Numbered from the stretch's first letter, positions 9,046-16,316 are shown. The stretch: DNA of 26,272 nt from Candidatus Kaiserbacteria bacterium RIFCSPLOWO2_02_FULL_54_13 (GCA_001783465.1 MFMI01000008.1:702-26973); one strand, 5' to 3'. The notes: generated by a model not told the origin, from the sequence alone. Program-made: numbers and translations.

Positions 9046-9074
9046 AGTATAGGTCTAAAGATTAAAATACGCAA
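9046..9074 (-). promoter_or_regulatory. Sigma70-type promoter divergent from uvrA
   Basis: TTGCGT (9074-9069), 17-nt spacer, TATACT (9051-9046). Confidence 0.55.
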
Positions 9075-9126
9075 TAATTGTGATATAGTCATACTGTACC
9101 TGCCCCGCCACGGGCAGGAGTTTCCA

Positions 9127-11802
9127 ATGAAAAAGACAACCCAGACACCCAACAAGAAGAGCGACCCCGACGCGCGACAAGCGGTCGGGGCAGGTTGGCT
9201 CACCGTGAAGGGTGCGCGTACGCATAATTTGAAGAATATTACGGTAGAGATGCCGCGAGGCGCGATGACGGTTATCACCGGCCTGTCGGGGAGCGGTAAG
9301 TCCTCGCTCGCTTTTGATACTATCTTCGCCGAAGGCCAGCGGCGTTATGTGGAGTCGCTCTCTGCGTATGCAAGGCAATTCCTCAACCAGATGGCGAAGC
9401 CGGATGTGGACGAGATATCAGGCCTCTCACCGGCCATCTCCATAGATCAGAAGAGCCGTTCTAATAATCCGCGCTCAACGGTTGCGACGGTGACTGAAAT
9501 TTATGATTATCTACGCGTGCTCTACGCACGCGCAGGTCAGCCCTATTGCATCCACCACGATGTGCCCATAACTAGACTGTCCAAGGAGGAAATCATAAAA
9601 ATAATCTTCTCGAAGTTGGAAGCTAGGGGCTGGAATAATCCAAACTCCAGCACCCAGATTCCAGCATCCAGAGTGATGGGCGTCCCTGTTGATAGGCGCT
9701 CCATCACGATTTATGCACCGGTCGTGGTCGGCAGGAAGGGAGAGTACTATCAGCTCCTTTATGACCTTCTCGGCAAGGGGTACGAGCGAGTCGTGGTAGA
9801 CGGTAAGGTACATTCGCTCCGCGAGAAGATAGTGATGGAGCGTAACAAAGTACACAGCATTGATGCAGTTGTGGATTCTATTTATGTTACGGAGTTCGCG
9901 CGGTCTACACAGAGCGCCCGCGAGCGTCTCTCTGAAGCGCTTGAACTCGCACTCAAGCAGGCCAACGGCCTCGTGAAGATACAGCACGCCGACGGTACGA
10001 TAGAAACGCTCTCATCAAAATTTATCTGTCCGGAGGACGGCGCGTCGTTCCCCGAGGTGGAGCCGCGTCTCTTCTCATTCAATTCGCCCTACGGCGCGTG
10101 CCCCGAATGCCACGGGCTCGGGACTGAATCGCTCTTTTCGGACACATCGTGTCCTACATGCGAGGGGAAGCGTTTGCGTCCCGAAGCACTTCGTGTTTAT
10201 TTAAAGAGTAAGAAGGATAAGACACTTGGCAAATCAATAGTGGACTTCACGAATATGTCTATCCGCGAAGCAAAGGACTTTGTGGATTCTATTGAACTTT
10301 CTGAAATGAAGTTTGATATTGCGATGCCGATTTTGAAAGAGATTGAGAGCCGTCTCACCTTTATGTTGAATGTCGGTCTGGATTATCTCACGCTCAACCG
10401 TTCTGCCGCCACTCTCTCTGGCGGCGAGGCACAGAGAATACGTCTCGCTTCACAGCTCGGGAGCGGGCTCACCGGCGCTCTCTACGTGCTTGATGAACCG
10501 ACCATCGGGCTCCACCAGCGCGACAACGCTCGGCTCATTAAGACATTGCTTATTTTGAAAGAGCTCGGGAACACCATTCTCGTCGTAGAGCACGACGAAG
10601 ATACCATTTATTCTTCCGACTATATCGTAGACATCGGCCCGGGTGCGGGCATTCACGGCGGTGAGGTCGTCGCCTCGGGCTGGCTGGACGATTTATTGAC
10701 TGCGAAGAAAAACGAGTCTGATTCGGTCACGCTCTCATATCTGCGACAAGAAAAAGAGATTCCCGTGCCCGAGACGCGCCGCACGAGCGAGAAGGGGTGG
10801 CTGAAGGTGCGTGGGGCGACCCTGCACAATCTCGTGAATCAGAATATTGACGTACCGCTCGGCAAGCTCGTCTGCGTCACCGGCGTCTCGGGGAGCGGGA
10901 AGTCTACGTTTCTGTATGATATTTTGCACCGCAACATTGCTGGGCGATTCGCACGTCGTGAAGCAAAGTTAGAGCATATCGCGTCCTTGACTGGCACCGA
11001 ATACGTCGGACGCGCTATCCTCATAGACCAGTCGCCCATCGGTCGCACCCCGCGTTCTAACCCGGCGACCTACACCGGCGCGTTCACGCACATCCGCGAC
11101 CTCTTCGCCGCCACGCCGGAGGCGCGCGCGAGAGGGTGGAAGCCCGGTCGCTTCTCCTTCAACGTCCCCGGCGGTCGCTGTGAGGCCTGCCAAGGCAACG
11201 GCTCTATCGCGGTAGAGATGCATTTCTTGCCCACGGTGTATGTGACCTGCGATATCTGCATGGGGAAGCGTTTTATGAAAGAAACATTGGAGGTGACGTT
11301 CCGTGGAAAAAATATCTACGACGTGCTCCAGATGACGATTGAAGAAGCGGAGAAGTTTTTCGGCGACATTCCCGCTATCAACGAGCGCTTGATGAGTTTG
11401 AATGCAACGGGGCTTGAATACCTCACGCTGGGGCAGAACGCGACGACGCTCTCGGGCGGTGAGGCACAGCGGGTCAAGATAGCGAGCGAGCTCTATCGCT
11501 CGCAGACGATGAAGACGATTTATCTGCTTGACGAGCCGACTGTCGGCCTTCATTACGAAGATGTGAAAAAGCTTATTGAGATACTGCAGGAGCTCGTGCG
11601 GCGCGGCAACACGGTCGTGGTGATTGAGCACAATCTTGATGTCATAAAGAATTCCGACTACGTGATTGACTTCGGTCCCGACGGCGGCGCAAAGGGCGGT
11701 AAAATAGTGGCGAAAGGCACGCCTGAAGAGGTCGCTGGCACAGAAGGCTCGCACACGGGCGAGTATCTTGATAAAATTTTGAAGCGTCACAAAAAGAAAT
11801 AG
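9127..11802 (+). CDS. uvrA: Excinuclease ABC subunit A (compact form)
   Basis: Two ABC cassettes: '[10 protein letters not shown]', '[11 protein letters not shown]', 'LDEPTIGLH', 'GVSGSGKS', '[10 protein letters not shown]', 'LDEPTVGLH'; zinc-finger CxxC pairs. Confidence 0.98.
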   Translation: MKKTTQTPNKKSDPDARQAVGAGWLTVKGARTHNLKNITVEMPRGAMTVITGLSGSGKSSLAFDTIFAEGQRRYVESLSAYARQFLNQMAKPDVDEISGLSPAISIDQKSRSNNPRSTVATVTEIYDYLRVLYARAGQPYCIHHDVPITRLSKEEIIKIIFSKLEARGWNNPNSSTQIPASRVMGVPVDRRSITIYAPVVVGRKGEYYQLLYDLLGKGYERVVVDGKVHSLREKIVMERNKVHSIDAVVDSIYVTEFARSTQSARERLSEALELALKQANGLVKIQHADGTIETLSSKFICPEDGASFPEVEPRLFSFNSPYGACPECHGLGTESLFSDTSCPTCEGKRLRPEALRVYLKSKKDKTLGKSIVDFTNMSIREAKDFVDSIELSEMKFDIAMPILKEIESRLTFMLNVGLDYLTLNRSAATLSGGEAQRIRLASQLGSGLTGALYVLDEPTIGLHQRDNARLIKTLLILKELGNTILVVEHDEDTIYSSDYIVDIGPGAGIHGGEVVASGWLDDLLTAKKNESDSVTLSYLRQEKEIPVPETRRTSEKGWLKVRGATLHNLVNQNIDVPLGKLVCVTGVSGSGKSTFLYDILHRNIAGRFARREAKLEHIASLTGTEYVGRAILIDQSPIGRTPRSNPATYTGAFTHIRDLFAATPEARARGWKPGRFSFNVPGGRCEACQGNGSIAVEMHFLPTVYVTCDICMGKRFMKETLEVTFRGKNIYDVLQMTIEEAEKFFGDIPAINERLMSLNATGLEYLTLGQNATTLSGGEAQRVKIASELYRSQTMKTIYLLDEPTVGLHYEDVKKLIEILQELVRRGNTVVVIEHNLDVIKNSDYVIDFGPDGGAKGGKIVAKGTPEEVAGTEGSHTGEYLDKILKRHKKK

Positions 11803-11808
11803 TATGGT

Positions 11809-12267
11809 ATGAAAAGCAAAACAAAAAACACCTATTCGTATCCCGTGGAGATTTCGAATGAAGTCAGAATCACATACGACGAGTCGCCAGCACATGTAGG
11901 TAATCTGGCGTACTCAGTTGATTTTATTTGTAAGGAGGGAACGGAAGTAAAAGCTACAGAGGACGGTATCGTTGTAGATCTCAAATCTGATTCGGACACA
12001 GGCGGAGAGGATCAATCAATGGAACCTCTCGGAAATTTTATTGAAATCCAGCACGAAAATGATGAATATTCCGAATACGAACACCTAAAAAAGAATGGAA
12101 TGATGGTTAAAATCGGTGATCGCGTTAAGAAAGGTCAGATTATCGGTCACAGCGGTGCAACCGGTTGGCTAGCACATCTAGGTCCACACCTGCACTTTAT
12201 GGTCGGGGAATATGGGAATCTTGATGAGTACAAAACCTTGTCTATTGTATGGAAAGAAGCGAACTAA
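11809..12267 (+). CDS. M23 family metallopeptidase domain protein
   Basis: 'H....Y.VDF', 'GTEVKA..DG.VV', 'GNFIEIQH', 'Y.HL', 'V..G..V.KGQ.IG.SG.TG', 'PHLHF'; no signal peptide visible. Confidence 0.9.
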   Translation: MKSKTKNTYSYPVEISNEVRITYDESPAHVGNLAYSVDFICKEGTEVKATEDGIVVDLKSDSDTGGEDQSMEPLGNFIEIQHENDEYSEYEHLKKNGMMVKIGDRVKKGQIIGHSGATGWLAHLGPHLHFMVGEYGNLDEYKTLSIVWKEAN

Positions 12268-13547
12268 GTAAATTCGACCTGCCGGATGTGCCGGGGGTGT
12301 ATCTCTTTAAGCAGGGAAGGAAGGTGCTGTATGTCGGCAAAGCGACATCGCTGCGCGACCGCGTGCGTTCTTATTTTGACGATGATTTGATTACGACGCG
12401 CGGGCCGCGCGTGGTAGATATGGTGACAATGGCCGACAAGGTCGCGTTTGAGCCGACGCCGACGGTGCTGGAGGCGCTCGTGCACGAGGCCGCGCTTATT
12501 AAGAAATATATGCCGCACGCAAATGTGGACGGCAAAGACGACAAGACCTTTCTCTACGCAGTCATCACACAGGAAGATATTCCGCGCGTGCTCGTCGTGC
12601 GAGGCAAGAGTATCAATTTCAAGAATCGCACAGCACTACTCCCTACAACCTACAACCTACAATCTATTTTCGGTCCATTCCCGTCAGGAACGCAACTGCG
12701 CGAGGGCCTGCGCCTCATCCGCCGCATTTTTCCTTTCTTTGATACCTCCAAACCTGTAGGAGCAAAGGGGAAACACCAAGCAGCACACATAGAATTCAAT
12801 ACGCAAATCGGACAGTACCCGCGTGGCATGAGGTTTACCTTAACATCGCCTATAGGACAAAATAAGGTAAACCTCAAAATGTATCGGAAGTCAATACGGA
12901 AAGTAATGTTGTTCCTCTCTGGGCGCGGAAAAGAATTGCGGCGTAAGCTTGAACGCGAGATGCGCGAGGCCGCGCGCGAAGAACGTTTTGAGGACGCCGC
13001 CGAGGCGCGTCGCGAACTCTTCGCGCTCGACCACATCCAAGACGTCTCGCTCATCAAAGACGATGCTCGATGTTCTTATGAACAGCCGACCGTCAAAGAT
13101 AAGAATATGCGGATTGAGGCGTATGATACGGCGCATTTGAGCGGGACCAATGCGATTGGAGTGATGACTGTTGTGGTAGATGGTATGCCGGTTAAGAAAG
13201 AGTATCGGACCTTCCGCATCCGCGGAGTGAAAAAGAACGATGACATCGCGTCGCTGAAAGAAATTCTCTCGCGCCGATTGAGACACCCGGAATGGCAATT
13301 TCCAAAAGTAATCGTGGTGGACGGAGGGAAGACGCAGAAAAAAGAGGCCGAAAAAGTTATTAAAGAGGCCGGGTTCAGTATCCTAGTAGCCGCAGTCGTG
13401 AAAGACGAGCGGCACCGTCCGCGCGAAGTCATAGGAGCGCGGGCGGCCGGCATCTCCGAGGCCGATGCCGTCCTCGCCAACGCCGAGGCGCACCGCTTCT
13501 CGCTCTCTTGCCACCGCCGCGCCCGCTCACGGGCTATGCGTTCATAA
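12249..13547 (+). CDS. uvrC: Excinuclease ABC subunit C, shortened
   Basis: N-terminal GIY-YIG ('PGVYLF', 'YVGKA..LR.RV.SYF'), UVR ('ERFEDAAEARR'), RNase H-like domain ('IEAYDTAH.SG', 'YRTF.I', 'VDGGK.Q'); ends without the HhH tail. Confidence 0.93.
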   Translation: MERSELSKFDLPDVPGVYLFKQGRKVLYVGKATSLRDRVRSYFDDDLITTRGPRVVDMVTMADKVAFEPTPTVLEALVHEAALIKKYMPHANVDGKDDKTFLYAVITQEDIPRVLVVRGKSINFKNRTALLPTTYNLQSIFGPFPSGTQLREGLRLIRRIFPFFDTSKPVGAKGKHQAAHIEFNTQIGQYPRGMRFTLTSPIGQNKVNLKMYRKSIRKVMLFLSGRGKELRRKLEREMREAAREERFEDAAEARRELFALDHIQDVSLIKDDARCSYEQPTVKDKNMRIEAYDTAHLSGTNAIGVMTVVVDGMPVKKEYRTFRIRGVKKNDDIASLKEILSRRLRHPEWQFPKVIVVDGGKTQKKEAEKVIKEAGFSILVAAVVKDERHRPREVIGARAAGISEADAVLANAEAHRFSLSCHRRARSRAMRS

Positions 13548-13568
13548 GTGTTTGGTATACTTACCCGC

Positions 13569-14537
13569 ATGCAAACCATCGTCGGGGTGTTGCGGGGCGG
13601 GCCAAGTCGCGAGCATGAGATCTCGCTCCGGAGCGGAGCGGCGATGCTCGCGAACCTGCCAGAGGAGCGATACGATGCTCGCGATATTTATATTGACAGA
13701 AGCGGACAATGGCACGACCGCGGCCGCCCGACGGCGCCCGAGCGCGTCTTGCGCCAAATAGATGTCGCGCTCCTCCCGCTCCACGGAGAATATGGCGAGG
13801 GCGGGGAAGTACAGAGACTCCTTGAACGTTTCGGAGTGCCCTACAGCGGTGCCGACGCCTTCGGCTCGCATCTCGCGCGACACAAGGTTATCGCGAAGGC
13901 GCGTGCGCGCGACGCCGGATTCCTCACGCCAGACTTCCGTTACGTAGAACGCGCCGAAGATATTGAAGCGGGAGCAAAAGATGTCATCCGCAGTTTCCAT
14001 CAGCCAGTTGTCGTGAAGCCAATTGCGTGGGGCTCGTCGGTCGGCATCTCTATTGTCGGCGGCTACGCGCCAGTGCTCGCCGCCATTCGGAAACTTTTTG
14101 CCGAGAGAGCCGAGAGCGTCGTCGTTGAAGAATATATCCGCGGCAGGGAGGCGACGGCCGGCGTCGTAGAGGGACTGCGCGGTGAGACGCTCTACGCGCT
14201 CCCGACAGTTGAAATCATTCCTCCCGCCGGCGACTTCTTCTCCTACGAATCCAAATATTCTGATGAGACAAAAGAAATCACTCCCGGCCGCTTCACGCGC
14301 GTGGAGAACGAAGAGATGCAGAGAATCGCGAAGATGATGCATCGCGCGCTGGAGCAGAAGCATTACTCTCGGACGGACTTCATCGTGTCGCCGAGGGGCA
14401 TCTACTTCTTGGAGACCAACAGCGCCGCCGCGGTGGGGCTCACCGCCGGGTCGCTCCTGCCAAAGTCGCTCGCCGCCGTCGGCGTCACGTTCCGCGACTT
14501 CCTCGCACATCTGGTCAACCTCGCGTTGGGGAGATAG
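13569..14537 (+). CDS. ddl: D-alanine--D-alanine ligase family protein
   Basis: 'GG.S.EHEISL.SG', 'LHG.YGE.G.VQ.LLE..GVPYSG', 'VVKP...GSSVGIS', 'EEYI.GRE.T', 'FFSYESKY', 'RTDF', 'LETN'. ATG 13569 is 7 nt after TGgTATACT. Confidence 0.9.
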   Translation: MQTIVGVLRGGPSREHEISLRSGAAMLANLPEERYDARDIYIDRSGQWHDRGRPTAPERVLRQIDVALLPLHGEYGEGGEVQRLLERFGVPYSGADAFGSHLARHKVIAKARARDAGFLTPDFRYVERAEDIEAGAKDVIRSFHQPVVVKPIAWGSSVGISIVGGYAPVLAAIRKLFAERAESVVVEEYIRGREATAGVVEGLRGETLYALPTVEIIPPAGDFFSYESKYSDETKEITPGRFTRVENEEMQRIAKMMHRALEQKHYSRTDFIVSPRGIYFLETNSAAAVGLTAGSLLPKSLAAVGVTFRDFLAHLVNLALGR

Positions 14538-14540
14538 AAC

Positions 14541-15131
14541 ATGAAGAAACCAGATATAGAGCGCGTTGCGGAATTCATGCGTCTTCTCCACGCCTTCCAA
14601 TCAGTGGAACGCGTGATTCCCGCACCCAATCTAACTCGCAAGGAGAATGATGTTGAACATTCGTATACGCTGACGATGTTTTGTTGGTATCTCAATGATG
14701 CGCTTGAACTCGGGCTCAATAAGAACAAGCTACTCGAATACGGTCTTGTACACGATTTTGTAGAAGTATACGCTGGCGATACCTATGTGTTTGATCAGGA
14801 ACGTAAAGAAACAAAACACCAGCGCGAGGAAGAGGCGCGCATACGCATTGCGGCGGAATTCCCAGAATTCAAGAGTTTGCACAAGGCCATTGAGCGGTAC
14901 GAGAGCCAAGGAGATCCTGAAGCAATGTTTGTTTACGTCGTAGACAAATTGGTTCCTATGGTCACCAACTATCTCCAAAATGGTCACAGCTGGAAGGAAA
15001 TGAATGTACAGCACGAGGAACTTTTTGCGCTTAAGCGACGAACTATCAAAAATCATGAGCAGGTACGTGAACTACTGGAGCAACTCATCCAAGAAATCGA
15101 ACCGCGTTGGAACGATTTTTTCAATACTTGA
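14541..15131 (+). CDS. HD-domain metal-dependent phosphohydrolase (YfbR/HDDC2-like)
   Basis: 'ENDVEHSY', 'LVHDFVEVYAGD', 'K...E..A', 'EA.FV..VDK'. Confidence 0.88.
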   Translation: MKKPDIERVAEFMRLLHAFQSVERVIPAPNLTRKENDVEHSYTLTMFCWYLNDALELGLNKNKLLEYGLVHDFVEVYAGDTYVFDQERKETKHQREEEARIRIAAEFPEFKSLHKAIERYESQGDPEAMFVYVVDKLVPMVTNYLQNGHSWKEMNVQHEELFALKRRTIKNHEQVRELLEQLIQEIEPRWNDFFNT

Positions 15132-15261
15132 ATTAGCTTCAGATTATCGGCCAGAAATGATAGGGTAGAGAAGTCGGGCCCCTATCTTCGCGGACTCGAT
15201 ACATACCCTTCGTTCGGCGAAAGCGAATAATTGCGGACACTCATTCGCTTTACCTCACTCA

Positions 15262-15337
15262 GGGCCTGTAGCTCAATTGGTAGAGCGCCTCATTTGCAAT
15301 GAGGAGGTAACCGGTTCGAAACCGGTCAGGTCCACCA
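15262..15337 (+). tRNA. tRNA-Ala(TGC)
   Basis: Acceptor GGGCCTG/CAGGTCC with G3:U70, anticodon arm CCTCA-TTTGCAA-TGAGG, T arm ACCGG-TTCGAAA-CCGGT, encoded ACCA. Confidence 0.96.
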
Positions 15338-15525
15338 TGAAACCACAGCATTTTGATATTCTTGGTTCGTTAGCATTCGCGTACGTGACTGTGTTCGCAG
15401 TTTATTCGTTAACGCACGGAGGAGACGTACCGACATGGAGCATCATCCTCCTCGCTATAATCGGGATTGCTGGACTTACGGTAGATGTACTGATTGTCTA
15501 TCGTTATTTTATTCGGAAGCAATAA
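15337..15525 (+). CDS. Small two-helix membrane protein (62 aa)
   Basis: MKPQHFDILGSLAFAYVTVFAVYSL...WSIILLAIIGIAGLTVDVLIVYRYFIRKQ; two hydrophobic segments, basic C-terminus; ATG shares the terminal A of the tRNA CCA. Confidence 0.65.
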   Translation: MKPQHFDILGSLAFAYVTVFAVYSLTHGGDVPTWSIILLAIIGIAGLTVDVLIVYRYFIRKQ

Positions 15526-15529
15526 ATGT

Positions 15530-15603
15530 TGGTCGGGCCGCCGGGAATTGAACCCGGTCTACACGCACCCGAAGCGTGCGTACTACCGGCATACTCCGGC
15601 CCG
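15530..15603 (-). tRNA. tRNA-Pro(CGG)
   Basis: CGGGCCG/CGGCCCG acceptor, CACGC-TTCGGGT-GCGTG anticodon arm, CCGGG-TTCAATT-CCCGG T arm, ACCA end. Confidence 0.95.
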
Positions 15604-15628
15604 TTTACCCCGAACTCTGTCGAGGGGG

Positions 15629-15702
15629 TGCGCTCTATAGGATTCGAACCTATGACCTTCCGCGTGTGAGGCGGACGCTCTAACCAACTGAGCTAAGAGC
15701 GC
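15629..15702 (-). tRNA. tRNA-Val(CAC)
   Basis: GCGCTCT/AGAGCGC acceptor, TCCGC-CTCACAC-GCGGA anticodon arm, ATAGG-TTCGAAT-CCTAT T arm; CCA not fully encoded. Confidence 0.95.
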
Positions 15703-15721
15703 GCACAAGCACAATATCACA

Positions 15722-15883
15722 TCGGGCTATCGGGAATCGAACCCGATCTATTCAGCACCATTTTCACATGTCGGGATACCCGGAATCGAACCGGGACTAC
15801 AGCCACCCCATGGCCGCGTACTACCACTATACGATATCCCGTTCAAAATGGTGCTGGACGTACTACCGGTATACTATAGCCCG
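15722..15883 (-). other. Interrupted outer tRNA-Pro scaffold enclosing tRNA-Pro(GGG)
   Basis: 5' half 15883-15859 (CGGGCTA-TA-GTAT-ACCGGTA-GTAC-G) and 3' half 15750-15722 (TAGA-TCGGG-TTCGATT-CCCGA-TAGCCCG-A) pair with each other; no anticodon loop, replaced by a 14-nt inverted repeat and a whole tRNA. Confidence 0.85.
15771..15841 (-). tRNA. tRNA-Pro(GGG), nested
   Basis: CGGGATA/TATCCCG acceptor, CGGCC-ATGGGGT-GGCTG anticodon arm, CCCGG-TTCGATT-CCGGG T arm, A73; CCA not encoded. Confidence 0.93.
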
Positions 15884-15936
15884 TTCGCCTTTTGGAGTGT
15901 AGCAAACGTCTCTCGTTTCTGGTATTTTTATTCCAC

Positions 15937-16252
15937 GGGCCTATAGCCCCTCACACGAAACAACCTCGCTATGTTCTACGTTTATGTACTTCGCAGTCGT
16001 AAAGATGAAAAGTTATATATTGGATACACAGATGACCTACGCCGCCGATTATCCGAACATAACAAAGGGTTAAGTCGTGCCACAAAGTCGCGAATCCCGC
16101 TAGATTTGGTATATTACGAGGCGTACGCATCGCAGGCTGATGCTAAAGTGCGCGAGAAGCGACTCAAGTCTTCGGCCGGTGCGAACACAGCACTCAAACG
16201 TCGATTGCGGGACAGCCTGCGATAAGGATGTTTCGTGTGAAGGGGCCTATAG
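15937..16252 (+). mobile_element. Putative GIY-YIG mini-element with inverted repeats and duplicated tRNA 5' end
   Basis: GGGCCTATAG direct repeat at 15937-15946 and 16243-16252; imperfect 26/28-nt inverted repeat 15941-15966 / 16225-16252 bracketing the ORF. Confidence 0.55.
15971..16225 (+). CDS. Small stand-alone GIY-YIG nuclease (UPF0213/YhbQ-like), 84 aa
   Basis: 'FYVYVL.S......YIGYT.DL.RR..EHN.G', 'LVYYEAY', 'A..RE..LK'. Confidence 0.93.
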   Translation: MFYVYVLRSRKDEKLYIGYTDDLRRRLSEHNKGLSRATKSRIPLDLVYYEAYASQADAKVREKRLKSSAGANTALKRRLRDSLR

Positions 16253-16316
16253 TAAAGTGGTATTACGCGTCATTCGCATTGACGAGGCGGGAGTCCGATT
16301 CTCCCTAGGTCCACCA
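16243..16316 (+). tRNA. tRNA-Ala(CGC)
   Basis: GGGCCTA/TAGGTCC with G3:U70, D stem GTAA/TTAC, CGTCA-TTCGCAT-TGACG, T arm GGGAG-TCCGATT-CTCCC, ACCA. Confidence 0.92.

Noticed and set aside
9099-9118. cctgccc/gggcagg hairpin overlapping a possible AGGAG ribosome site of uvrA as a regulatory switch
   Set aside because: Only a 7-bp stem with no alternative fold or ligand motif seen; may simply be another small repeat.
6667-9126. LexA/SOS boxes upstream of uvrB or uvrA
   Set aside because: No CTGT-N8-ACAG or GAAC-N4-GTTC match seen in either upstream region.
15277-15336. ORF-track start of the 82-aa protein inside tRNA-Ala(TGC)
   Set aside because: The N-terminal extension is the tRNA sequence itself.
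15607-15628. REP-like imperfect palindrome accccgaactctgtcgaggggg between tRNA-Pro and tRNA-Val
   Set aside because: Single short copy in the window with a weak stem; cannot be supported without a genome-wide count.
15722-15883. Group I intron or archaeal bulge-helix-bulge intron in the outer tRNA-Pro
   Set aside because: The insert is fully accounted for by the inverted repeat and a tRNA; no room for a group I core and no 3-4-3 BHB geometry visible.
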